NCBI GenBank assembly: GCA_964016885.1
Contig: OZ024740.1
Span: 422,840,001-422,904,000 of the forward strand
Source: Eledone cirrhosa
Taxonomy: Eukaryota
Reading direction: 5' to 3'
Length of the DNA stretch: 64,000 bases
Under the pieces are notes generated by a model. It saw only the letters and a list, made by a program, of their open reading frames with translations, was not told where the DNA came from and made no database searches. The position numbers and the translations under genes were made by a program. Shown one piece after another: positions 23,201 to 35,200 of the stretch (its first letter is position 1; the number at the start of each line of letters is the position of its first letter).

Positions 23201-26200
23201 TGTTGATAGAGAAGGTCAGAAGTGTGGAGAGAGTGGTTGACAGGTCTGGATGTAAGGAGAGCTAGACCTTAGGACAGAGAAGAGGTGTTGATGGAGAAGG
23301 TCAGAAGTGTGGAGAGAGTGGTTGACTGGTCTGGATGTAAGGAGAGCTGGACCTTAGGACAGAGAGGAGGTGTTGATAGAGAAGGTCAGAAGTGTGGAGA
23401 GAGTGGTTGACAGGTCTGGATGTAAGGAGAGCTGGACCTTAGGAGAGAGAGGAGGTGTTGATAGAGAAGGTCAGAAGTGTGGAGAGAGTAGTTGACAGGT
23501 CTGGATGTAAGGAGAGCTGGACCTTAGGACAGAGAGGAGGTGTTGATGGAGAAGGTAAGAAGTGTGGAGAGAGTGGTTGACAGGTCTGGATGTAATGAGA
23601 GCTGGACCTTAGGACAGAGAGGAGGTGTTGATGGAGAAGGTAAGAAGTGTGGAGAGAGTGGTTGACAGGTCTGGATGTAAGGAGAGCTAGACCTTAGGAC
23701 AGAGAGGAGGTGTTGATGGAGAAGGTCTGAAGTGTGGAGAGAGTGGTTGACAGGTCTGGATGTAAGGAGAGGTGGACCTTAGGACAGAGAGGAGGTGTTG
23801 ATAGAGAAGGTCAGAAGTGTGGAGAGAGTGGTAGAGAGGTCTGGATGTAAGGAGAGCTAGACCTTAGGACAGAGGGGAGCTGTTGATAGAGAAGGTCAGA
23901 AGTGTGGAGAGAGTGGATGACAGGTCTGGATGTAAGGAGAGCTAGACCTTAGGACAGAGAGGATGTGTTGATAGAGAAGGTCAGAAGTGTGGAGAGAGTG
24001 GTAGAGAGGTCTGGATGTAAGGAGAGCTGGACCTTAGGACAGAGAGGAGATGTTGATAGAGAAGGTCAGAAGTGTGGAGAGAGTGGTTGACACGTATGGA
24101 TGTAAGGAGAGCTAGACCTTAGGACAGAGAAGAGGTGTTTATTGAGAAGGTCTGATTTTTGGAGAGAGTGGTTGACAGGTCTGGATGTAAGGAGAGCTGG
24201 ACCTTAGGACAGAGAGGAGATGTTGATAGAGAAGGTCAGAAGTGTGGAGAGAGTGGTAGAGAGGTCTGGATGTAAGGAGAGCTGGACCTTAGGACAGAGA
24301 GGAGATGTTGATAGAGAAGGTCAGAAGTGTGGAGAGAGTGGTAGAGAGGTCTGGATGTAAGGAGAGCTGGACCTTAGGACAGAGAGGAGATGTTGATAGA
24401 GAAGGTCAGAAGTGTGGAGAGAGTGGTTGACAGGTCTGGATGTAAGGAGAGCTGGACCTTAGGACAGAGAGGAGGTGTTGATAGAGAAGGTCAGAAGTGT
24501 GGAGAGAGTGGTTGACAGGTCAGGATATAAGGAGAGCTGGACCTTAGGACAGAGAGGAGGTGTTGATAGAGAAGGTCAGAAGTGTGGAGAGAGTGGTTGA
24601 CAGGTCTGGATGTAAGGAGAGCTAGACATTAGGACAGAGAAGAGGTGTTGATGGAGAAGGTCAGAAGTGTGGAAAGAGTGGTTGACAGGTCTGGATGTAA
24701 GGAGAGCTGGACCTTAGGACAGAGAGGAGGTGTTGATAGAGAAGGTCAGAAGTGTGGAGAGAGTGGTTGACAGGTCTGGATGTAAGGAGAGCTAGACATT
24801 AGGACAGAGAAGAGGTGTTGATGGAGAAGGTCAGAAGTGTGGAGAGAGTGGTTGACTGGTCTGGATGTAAGGAGAGCTGGACCTTAGGACAGAGAGGAGG
24901 TGTTGATAGAGAAGGTCAGAAGTGTGGAGAGAGTGGTTGACAGGTCTGGATGTAAGGAGAGCTGGACCTTAGGACAGAGAGGAGGTGTTGATAGAGAAGG
25001 TCAGAAGTGTGGAGAGAGTAGTTGACAGGTCTGGATGTAAGGAGAGCTGGACCTTAGGACAGAGAGGAGGTGTTGATGGAGAAGGTAAGAAGTGTGGAGA
25101 GAGTGGTTGACAGGTCTGGATGTAATGAGAGCTAGACCTTAGGACAGAGAGGAGGTGTTGTTAGAGAAGGTCAGAAGTGTGGAGAGAGTGGTTGACAGGT
25201 CTGGATGTAAGGAGAGCTAGACCTTAGGACAGAGAGGAGGTGTTGATGGAGAAGGTCTGAAGTGTGGAGAGAGTGGTTGACAGGTCTGGATGTAAGGAGA
25301 GGTGGACCTTAGGACAGAGAGGAGGTGTTGATAGAGAAGGTCAGAAGTGTGGAGAGAGTGGTAGAGAGGTCTGGATGTAAGGAGAGCTAGACCTTAGGAC
25401 AGAGGGGAGCTGTTGATAGAGAAGGTCAGAAGTGTGGAGAGAGTGGATGACAGGTCTGGATGTAAGGAGAGCTATACCTTAGGACAGAGAGAATGTGTTG
25501 ATAGAGAAGGTCAGAAGTGTGGAGAGAGTGGTAGAGAGGTCTGGATGTAAGGAGAGCTGGACCTTAGGACAGAGAGGAGATGTTGATAGAGAAGGTCAGA
25601 AGTGTGGAGAGAGTGGTTGACACGTATGGATGTAAGGAGAGCTAGACCTTAGGACAGAGAAGAGGTGTTTATTGAGAAGGTCAGAAGTGTGGAGAGAGTG
25701 GTTGACAGGTCTGGATGTAAGGAGAGCTGGACCTTAGGACAGAGAGGAGATGTTGATAGAGAAGGTCAGAAGTGTGGAGAGAGTGGTTGACAGGTATGGA
25801 TGTAAGGAGAGCTAGACCTTAGGACAGAGAAGAGGTGTTGATGGAGAAGGTCAGAAGTGTGGAGAGAGTTGTTGACAGGTCTGGATGTAAGGAGAGCTGG
25901 ACCTTAGGACAGAGAGGAGGTGTTGATAGAGAAGGTCAGAAGTGTGGAGAGAGTGGTTGACAGGTCTGGATGTAAGGAGAGCTGGACCTTAGGATAGAGA
26001 GGAGGTGTTGATTGAGAAGGTCTGATTTTTGGAGGGTGTGGTTGACAGGTCTGGATGTAAGGAGAGCTGGACCTTAGGACAGAGAGGAGGTGTTGATAGA
26101 GAAGATCAGAAGTGTGGAGAGAGTGGTTGACAGGTCTGGATGTAAGGAGAGCTGGACCCTAGGACAGAGAGGAGGTGTTGATAGAGAAGGTCAGGAGTGT

Positions 26201-29200
26201 GGAGAGAGTGGTTGACAGGTCTGGATGTAAGGAGAGCTGGACCTTAGGACAGGGAGGAGGTGTTGATAGTAAAGGTCAGAAGTGTGGAGAGAGTGGTTGA
26301 CAGGTCTGGATGTAAGGAGAGCTAGACCTTAGGACTGAGGGGAGATGTTGATAGAGAAGGTCAGAAGTGTGGAGAGAGTGGTTGACAGGTCTGGATGTAA
26401 GGAGAGCTGGACCTTAGGACAGAGAGGAGGTGTTGTTAGAGAAGGTCAGAAGTGTGGAGAGAGTGGTAGAGAGGTCTGGATGTAAGGAGAGCTAGATCTT
26501 AGGACAGAGAGGAGGTGTTGATAGAGAAGGTCAAAAGTGTGGAGAGAGTGGATGACAGGTCTGGATGTAAGGAGAGCTGGACCTTAGGACAGAGAGGAGG
26601 TGTTGATAGAGAAGGTCAGAAGTGTGGAGAGAGTGGTTGACAGGTCTGGATGTAAGGAGAGCTGGACCTTAGGACAGGGAGGAGGTGTTTATAGTGAAGG
26701 TCAGAAGTGTGGAGAGAGTGGTTGACAGGTCTGGGTGTAAGGAGAGCTAGACCTTAGGACAGAGAGGAGGTGTTGATAGAGAAGGTCAGAGGTGTGGAGA
26801 GAGTGGTTGACAGGTCTGGATGTAAGGAGACCTAGACCTTAGGACAGAGAAGAGGTGTTGATAGAGAAGGTCAGAAGTGTGGAGAGAGTGGTACACAGTT
26901 CTGGATGTAAGGAGAGCTAGACCTTAGGACAGAGAGGATGTGTTGATAGTGAAGGTCAGAAGTGTGGAGAGAGTGGTTGACTGGTCTGGATGTAAGGAGA
27001 GCTAGACCTTAGGACAGAGAGAGGAGGTGTTGATCGGGAAGGTAAGATGTATGGAGAGAGAGGTTGACAGGTCTGGATGTAAGGAGAGCTAGACCTTAGG
27101 ACAGAGAGGAGGTGTTGATAGAGAAGGTAAGAAGTGTGCAGAGAGTGGTTGACAGGTCTGGATGTTAGGAGAGCTGGATCTTAGGACAGAGAGGAGGTGT
27201 TGATTGAGTAGGTCAGAAGTGTGGAGAGAGTGGTTGACAGGTCTGGATGTAAGGAGAGGCGGACCTTAGGACAGAGAGGAGGTGTTGATAGAGAAGGTCA
27301 GAAGTGTGGAGAGAGTGGTTGACAGGTCTGGATGTAAGGAGAGCTAGACCTTAGGACTGAGAGGAGATGTTTATAGAGAAGGTCAGAAGTGTGGAGAGAG
27401 TGGTTGACAGGTCTGGATGTAAGGAGAGCTAGACCTTAGGACAAAGAGGAGGTGTTGATGGAGAATGTAAGAAGTGTGGAGAGAGTGGTTGACAGGTCTG
27501 GATGTAAGGAGAGCTAGACCTTAGGACAGAGAGGAGGTGTTGATTGAGTAGGTCAGAAGTGTGGAGAGAGTGGTTGACAGGTCTGGATGTAAGGAGAGGT
27601 GGACCTTAGGACAGAGAGGAGGTGTTGATAGAGAAGGTCAGAAGTGTGGAGAGAGTGGTTGACAGGTCTGGATGTAAGGAGAGCTGGACCTTAGGACAGA
27701 GAGGAGGTGTTGATAGAGAAGGTCAGAAGTGTGGAGAGAGTGGTTGACAGGTCTGGATGTAAGGAGAGCTAGACCTTATGAAAGAGAGGAGGTGTTGATA
27801 GAGAAGGTCAGAAGTGTGGAGAGAGTGGTTGACAGGTCTGGATGTAAGGAGAGCTAGACCTTAGGAAAGAGAGGAGGTGTTGATAGAGAAGGTCAGAAGT
27901 GTGGAGAGAGTGGTTGACAGGTCTGGATGTAAGGAGAGCTAAACCTTAGGACTGAGAGGAGATGTTTATAGAGAAGGTCAGAAGTGTGGAGAGAGTGGTT
28001 GACAGGTCTGGATGTAAGGAGAGCTAGACCTTAGGACAGAGAGGAGGTGTTGATGGAGAATGTAAGAAGTGTGGAGAGAGTGGTTGACAGGTCTGGATGT
28101 AAGGAGAGCTAGACCTTAGGACAGAGAGGAGGTGTTGATAGAGAAGGTCAGATGTGTGGAGAGAGTGGTTGACAGGTCTGGATGTAAGGAGAGCTGGACC
28201 TTAGGACAGAGAGGAGGTGTTGATAGAGAAGGTCAGAAGTGTGGAGAGAGTGGTAGAGAGGTCTGGATGTAAGGAGAGCTAGACCTTAGGACAGAGAGGA
28301 GGTGTTGATAGAGAAGGTCAGAAGTGTGGAGAGAGTGGTAGAGAGGTCTGGATGTAAGGAGAGCTAGACCTTAGGACAGAGAGGAGGTGTTGATAGAGAA
28401 GGTCAGGTGTGTGGAGAGAGTTGTTGTCAGGTCTGGATGTAAGGAGAGCTGGACCTTAGGATAGAGAGGAGGTGTTGATTGAGAAGGTCTGATTTTTGGA
28501 GAGAGTGGTTGACAGGTCTGGATGTAAGGAGACCTAGACCTTAGGACAGAAGGGAGGTGTTGATAGAGAAGATCAGAAGTGTGGAGAGAGTGGTAGAGAG
28601 GTCTGGATGTAAGGAGAGCTGGACCTTAGGACAGAGAGGAGGTGTTGATAGAGAAGGTCAGAAGTGTGGAGAGAGTGGTTGACAGGTCTGGCTGTAAGGA
28701 GAGCTAGACCTTAGGACAGAGAGGAGGTGTTGATAGAGAAGGTCAGAAGTGTGGAGAGAGTGGTTGACAGGTCTGGATGTAAGGAGAGCTGGACCTTAGG
28801 ACAGAGAGGAGGTGTTGATAGAGAAGGTCAGAAGTGTGGAGAGAGTGGTAGAGAGGTCTGGATGTAAGGAGAGCTGGACCTTAGGACAGGGAGGAGGTGT
28901 TGATAGTGAAGGTCAGAAGTGTGGAGAGAGTGGTTGACAGCTCTGGGTGTAAGGAGAGCTAGACCTTAGGACAGAGAGGAGGTGTTGATGGAGAAGGTCA
29001 GATGTGTGGAGAGAGTGGTAGAGAGGTCTGGATGTAAGAAGAGCTGGACCTTAGGACATAGAGGAGGTGTTGATAGAGAAGGTCAAAGTGTGGAGAGAGT
29101 GGATGACAGGTCTGGATGTAAGGAGAGCTGGACCTTAGGACTGAGAAGAGGTGTTGATAGTGAAGGTCAGAAGTGTAGAGAGAGTGGTTGACAGGTCTGG

Positions 29201-32200
29201 GTGTAAGGAGAGCTAGACCTTAGGACAGAGAGGAGGTATTGATGGAGAAGGTCAGATGTGTGGAGAGAGTGGTAGAGAGGTCTGGATGTAAGAAGAGCTG
29301 GACCTTAGGACAGGGAGGAGGTGTTGATAGAGAAGGTCAGAAGTGTGGAGAGAGTGGTTGACAGGTCTGGATGTAAGGAGACCTAGACCTTAGGACAGAG
29401 AAGAGGTGTTGATAGAGAAGGTCAGAAGTGTGGAGAGAGTGGTACACAGGTCTGGATGTAAGGAGAGCTAGACCTTAGGACAGAGAGGATGTATTGATAG
29501 TGAAGGTCAGAAGTGTGGAGAGAGTGGTTGACAGGTCTGGATGTAAGGAGAGCTGGACCTTAGGATAGAGAGGAGGTGTTGATTGAGAAGGTCTGATTTT
29601 TGGAGAGAGTGGTTGACAGGTCTGGATGTAAGGAGAGCTGGACCTTAGGACAGAGGAGATGTTGATAGAGAAGGTCAGAAGTGTGGAGAGAGTGGTTGAC
29701 AGGTATGGATGTAAGGAGAGCTAGACCTCAGGACAGAGAGGAGGTGTTGATAGAGAAGATCAGATGTGTGGAGAGAGTGGTTGACAGGTCTGGATGTAAG
29801 GAGAGCTAGACCTTAGGACAGAAGGGAGGTGTTGATAGAGAAGGTCAGAAGTGTGGAGAGAGTGGTTGACAGTTCTGGATGTAAGGAGAGCTGGACCTTA
29901 GGAGAGAGAGGAGGTGTTGATCGGGAAGGTAAGATGTGTGGAGAGAGTGGTTGACAGGTCTGGATGTAAGGAGAGCTAGACCTTAGGACAGAGAAGAGGT
30001 GTTGATGGAGAAGGTCAGAAGTGTGGAGAGAGTGGTTGACAGGTCTGGATGTAAGGACAGCTGGACCTTAGGACAGAGAGGAGGTGTTGATAGAGAAGGT
30101 CAGAAGTGTGGAGAGAGTGGTTGACAGGTCTGGATGTAAGGAGAGCTAGACCTTAGGAAAGAGAGGAGGTGTTGATAGAGAAGGTCAGAAGTGTGGAGAG
30201 AGTGGTTGACAGGTCTGGATGTAAGGAGAGCTAGACCTTAGGACTTAGAGGAGATGTTGATAGAGAAGGTCAGAAGTGTGGAGAGAGTGGTTGACAGGTC
30301 TGGATGTAAGGAGAGCTGGACCTTAGGACAGGGAGGAGGTGTTTATAGTGAAGGTCAGAAGTGTGGAGAGAGTGGTTGACAGGTCTGGGTGTAAGGAGAG
30401 CTAGACCTTAGGACAGAGAGGAGGTGTTGATAGAGAAGGTCAGAAGTGTGGAGAGAGTGGTTGACAGGTCTGGATGTAAGGAGACCTAGACCTTAGGACA
30501 GAGAAGAGGTGTTGATAGAGAAGGTCAGAAGTGTGGAGAGAGTGGTACACAGTTCTGGATGTAAGGAGAGCTAGACCTTAGGACAGAGAGGATGTGTTGA
30601 TAGTGAAGGTCAGAAGTGTGGAGAGAGTGGTTGACTGGTCTGGATGTAAGGAGAGCTAGACCTTAGGACAGAGAGAGGAGGTGTTGATCGGGAAGGTAAG
30701 ATGTATGGAGAGAGAGGTTCACAGGTCTGGATGTAAGGAGAGCTAGACCTTAGGACAGAGAGGAGGTGTTGATAGAGAAGGTAAGAAGTGTGCAGAGAGT
30801 GGTTGACAGGTCTGGATGTTAGGAGAGCTGGATCTTAGGACAGAGAGGAGGTGTTGATTGAGTAGGTCAGAAGTGTGGAGAGAGTGGTTGACAGGTCTGG
30901 ATGTAAGGAGAGGCGGACCTTAGGACAGAGAGGAGGTGTTGATAGAGAAGGTCAGAAGTGTGGAGAGAGTGGTTGACAGGTCTGGATGTAAGGAGAGCTA
31001 GACCTTAGGACTGAGAGGAGATGTTTATAGAGAAGGTCAGAAGTGTGGAGAGAGTGGTTGACAGGTCTGGATGTAAGGAGAGCTAGACCTTAGGACAAAG
31101 AGGAGGTGTTGATGGAGAATGTAAGAAGTGTGGAGAGAGTGGTTGACAGGTCTGGATGTAAGGAGAGCTAGACCTTAGGACAGAGAGGAGGTGTTGATTG
31201 AGTAGGTCAGAAGTGTGGAGAGAGTGGTTGACAGGTCTGGATGTAAGGAGAGGTGGACCTTAGGACAGAGAGGAGGTGTTGATAGAGAAGGTCAGAAGTG
31301 TGGAGAGAGTGGTTGACAGGTCTGGATGTAAGGAGAGCTGGACCTTAGGACAGAGAGGAGGTGTTGATAGAGAAGGTCAGAAGTGTGGAGAGAGTGGTTG
31401 ACAGGTCTGGATGTAAGGAGAGCTAGACCTTATGAAAGAGAGGAGGTGTTGATAGAGAAGGTCAGAAGTGTGGAGAGAGTGGTTGACAGGTCTGGATGTA
31501 AGGAGAGCTAGACCTTAGGAAAGAGAGGAGGTGTTGATAGAGAAGGTCAGAAGTGTGGAGAGAGTGGTTGACAGGTCTGGATGTAAGGAGAGCTAAACCT
31601 TAGGACTGAGAGGAGATGTTTATAGAGAAGGTCAGAAGTGTGGAGAGAGTGGTTGACAGGTCTGGATGTAAGGAGAGCTAGACCTTAGGACAGAGAGGAG
31701 GTGTTGATAGAGAAGGTCAGATGTGTGGAGAGAGTGGTTGACAGGTCTGGATGTAAGGAGAGCTGGACCTTAGGACAGAGAGGAGGTGTTGATAGAGAAG
31801 GTCAGAAGTGTGGAGAGAGTGGTAGAGAGGTCTGGATGTAAGGAGAGCTAGACCTTAGGACAGAGAGGAGGTGTTGATAGAGAAGGTCAGAAGTGTGGAG
31901 AGAGTGGTAGAGAGGTCTGGATGTAAGGAGAGCTAGACCTTAGGACAGAGAATAGGTGTTGATAGAGAAGGTCAGGTGTGTGGAGAGAGTGGTTGTCAGG
32001 TCTGGATGTAAGGAGAGCTGGACCTTAGGATAGAGAGGAGGTGTTGATTGAGAAGGTCTGATTTTTGGAGAGAGTGGTTGACAGGTCTGGATGTAAGGAG
32101 ACCTAGACCTTAGGACAGAAGGGAGGTGTTGATAGAGAAGATCAGAAGTGTGGAGAGAGTGGTTGACAGGTCTGGATGTAAGGAGAGCTGGACCTTAGGA

Positions 32201-35200
32201 CAGAGAGGAGGTGTTGATAGAGAAGGTCAGAAGTGTGGAGAGAGTGGTTGACAGGTCTGGCTGTAAGGAGAGCTAGACCTTAGGACAGAGAGGATGTGTT
32301 GATAGAGAAGGTCAGAAGTGTGGAGAGAGTGGTTGACAGGTCTGGATGTAAGGAGAGCTGGACCTTAGGACAGAGAGGAGGTGTTGATAGAGAAGGTCAG
32401 AAGTGTGGAGAGAGTGGTAGAGAGGTCTGGATGTAAGGAGAGCTGGACCTTAGGACAGGGAGGAGGTGTTGATAGTGAAGGTCAGAAGTGTGGAGAGAGT
32501 GGTTGACAGCTCTGGGTGTAAGGAGAGCTAGACCTTAGGACAGAGAGGAGGTGTTGATGGAGAAGGTCAGATGTGTGGAGAGAGTGGTAGAGAGGTCTGG
32601 ATGTAAGAAGAGCTGGACCTTAGGACATAGAGGAGGTGTTGATAGAGAAGGTCAAAGTGTGGAGAGAGTGGATGACAGGTCTGGATGTAAGGAGAGCTGG
32701 ACCTTAGGACTGAGAAGAGGTGTTGATAGTGAAGGTCAGAAGTGTAGAGAGAGTGGTTGACAGGTCTGGGTGTAAGGAGAGCTAGACCTTAGGACAGAGA
32801 GGAGGTATTGATGGAGAAGGTCAGATGTGTGGAGAGAGTGGTAGAGAGGTCTGGATGTAAGAAGAGCTGGACCTTAGGACAGGGAGGAGGTGTTGATAGA
32901 GAAGGTCAGAAGTGTGGAGAGAGTGGTTGACAGGTCTGGATGTAAGGAGACCTAGACCTTAGGACAGAGAAGAGGTGTTGATAGAGAAGGTCAGAAGTGT
33001 GGAGAGAGTGGTACACAGGTCTGGATGTAAGGAGAGCTAGACCTTAGGACAGAGAGGATGTATTGATAGTGATGGTCAGAAGTGTGGAGAGAGTGGTTGA
33101 CAGGTCTGGATGTAAGGAGAGCTGGACCTTAGGATAGAGAGGAGGTGTTGATTGAGAAGGTCTGATTTTTGGAGAGAGTGGTTGACAGGTCTGGATGTAA
33201 GGAGAGCTGGACCTTAGGACAGAGGAGATGTTGATAGAGAAGGTCAGAAGTGTGGAGAGAGTGGTTGACAGGTATGGATGTAAGGAGAGCTAGACCTCAG
33301 GACAGAGAGGAGGTGTTGATAGAGAAGGTCAGATGTGTGGAGAGAGTGGTTGACAGGTCTGGATGTAAGGAGAGCTAGACCTTAGGACAGAAGGGAGGTG
33401 TTGATAGAGAAGGTCAGAAGTGTGGAGAGAGTGGTTGACAGTTCTGGATGTAAGGAGAGCTGGACCTTAGGAGAGAGAGGAGGTGTTGATCGGGAAGGTA
33501 AGATGTGTGGAGAGAGTGGTTGACAGGTCTGGATGTAAGGAGAGCTAGACCTTAGGAAAGAGAGGAGGTGTTGATAGAGAAGGTCAGAAGTGTGGAGAGA
33601 GTGGTTGACAGGTCTGGATGTAAGGAGAGCTAGACCTTAGGACTGAGAGGAGATGTTGATAGAGAAGGTCAGAAGTGTGGAGAGAGTGGTTGACAGGTCT
33701 GGATGTAAGGAGAGCTAGACCTTAGGGCAGAGAGGAGGTGTTGATGGAGAATGTAAGAAGTGTGGAGAGAGTGGTTGACAGGTCTGGATGTAAGGAGAGC
33801 TAGACCTTAGGAAAGAGAGGAGGTGTTGATAGAGAAGGTCAGAAGTGTGGAGAGAGTGGTTGACAGGTCTGGATGTAAGGAGAGCTAGACCTTAGGACAG
33901 AAAGGAGATGTTGATAGAGAAGGTCAGAAGTGTGGAGAGAGTGGTAGAGAGGTCTGGATGTAAGGAGAGCTAGACCTTAGGACAGAGAGGAGGTGTTGAT
34001 AGAGAAGGTCAGAAGTGTGGAGAGAGTGGTAGAGAGGTCTGGATGTAAGGAGAGCTGGACCTTTGGACATAGAGGAGGTGTTGATAGAGAAGGTCAGAAG
34101 TGTGGAGAGAGTGGTTGACAGGTCTGGATGTAAGGAGAGCTAGACCTTAGGACAGAGAGGAGGTGTTGATGGAGAAGGTCAGAAGTTGGGAGAGAGTGGT
34201 TGACAGGTCTGGATGTAAGGAGAGCTAGACCTTAGGAAAGAGAGGAGGTGTTGATAGAGAAGGTCAGAAGTGTGGAGAGAGTGGTTGACAGGTCTGGATG
34301 TAAGTAGAGCTAGACCTTAGGACAGAGAGGAGGTGTTGATGGAGAATGTAAGAAGTGTGGAAAGAGTGGTTGACATGTCTGGATGTAAGGAGAGCTGGAC
34401 CTTAGGAAAGAGAGGAGGTGTTGATAGAGAAGGTCAGAAGTGTGGAGAGAGTGGTTGACAGGTCTGGATGTAAGGAGAGCTAGACCTTAGGACAGAGAGG
34501 AGGTGTTGATAGAGAAGGTCAGAAGTGTGGAGAGAGTGGTTGACAGGTCTGGATGTAAGGAGAGCTAGACCTTAGGACAGAGAGGAGATGTTGATGGAGA
34601 AGGTAAGAAGTGTGGAGAGAGTGGTTGACAGGTCTGGATGTAAGGAGAGCTAGACCTTAGGAAAGAGAGGAGGTGTTGATAGAGAAGGTCAGAAGTGTGG
34701 AAAGAGTGGTTGACAGGTCTGGATGTAAGGAGAGCTGGACCTTAGGAAAGAGAGGAGGTGTTGATAGAGAAGGTCAGAAGTGTGGAGAGAGTGGTTGACA
34801 GGTCTGGATGTAAGGAGAGCTAGACCTTAGGACAGAGAGGAGGTGTTGATAGAGAAGGTCAGAAGTGTGGAGAGAGTGGTTGAGAGGTCTGGATGTAAGG
34901 AGACCTAGACCTTAGGACAGAGAGGAGGTGTTGATAGAAAAGGTCAGAAGTGTGGAGAGAGTGGTTGGCAGGTCTGGATGTAAGGAGAGCTAGACCTTAG
35001 GAAAGAGAGGAGGTGTTGATAGAGAAGGTCAGAAGTGTGGAGAGAGTGGTTGGCAGGTCTGGATGTAAGGAGAGCTGGAACTTAGGACAGAGAGGAGGTG
35101 TTGATAGAGAAGGTCAGAAGTGTGGAGAGGGTGGTAGAGAGGTCTGGATGTAAGGAGAGCTAGACCTTAGGACAGAGAGGAGGTGTTGATAGAGAAGGTC

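Noticed and set aside
28982-32760. Two identical 69-aa ORFs (28982..29191, 32551..32760)
   Set aside because: Chance stop-free stretches of satellite monomers, duplicated by the 42-monomer block duplication.
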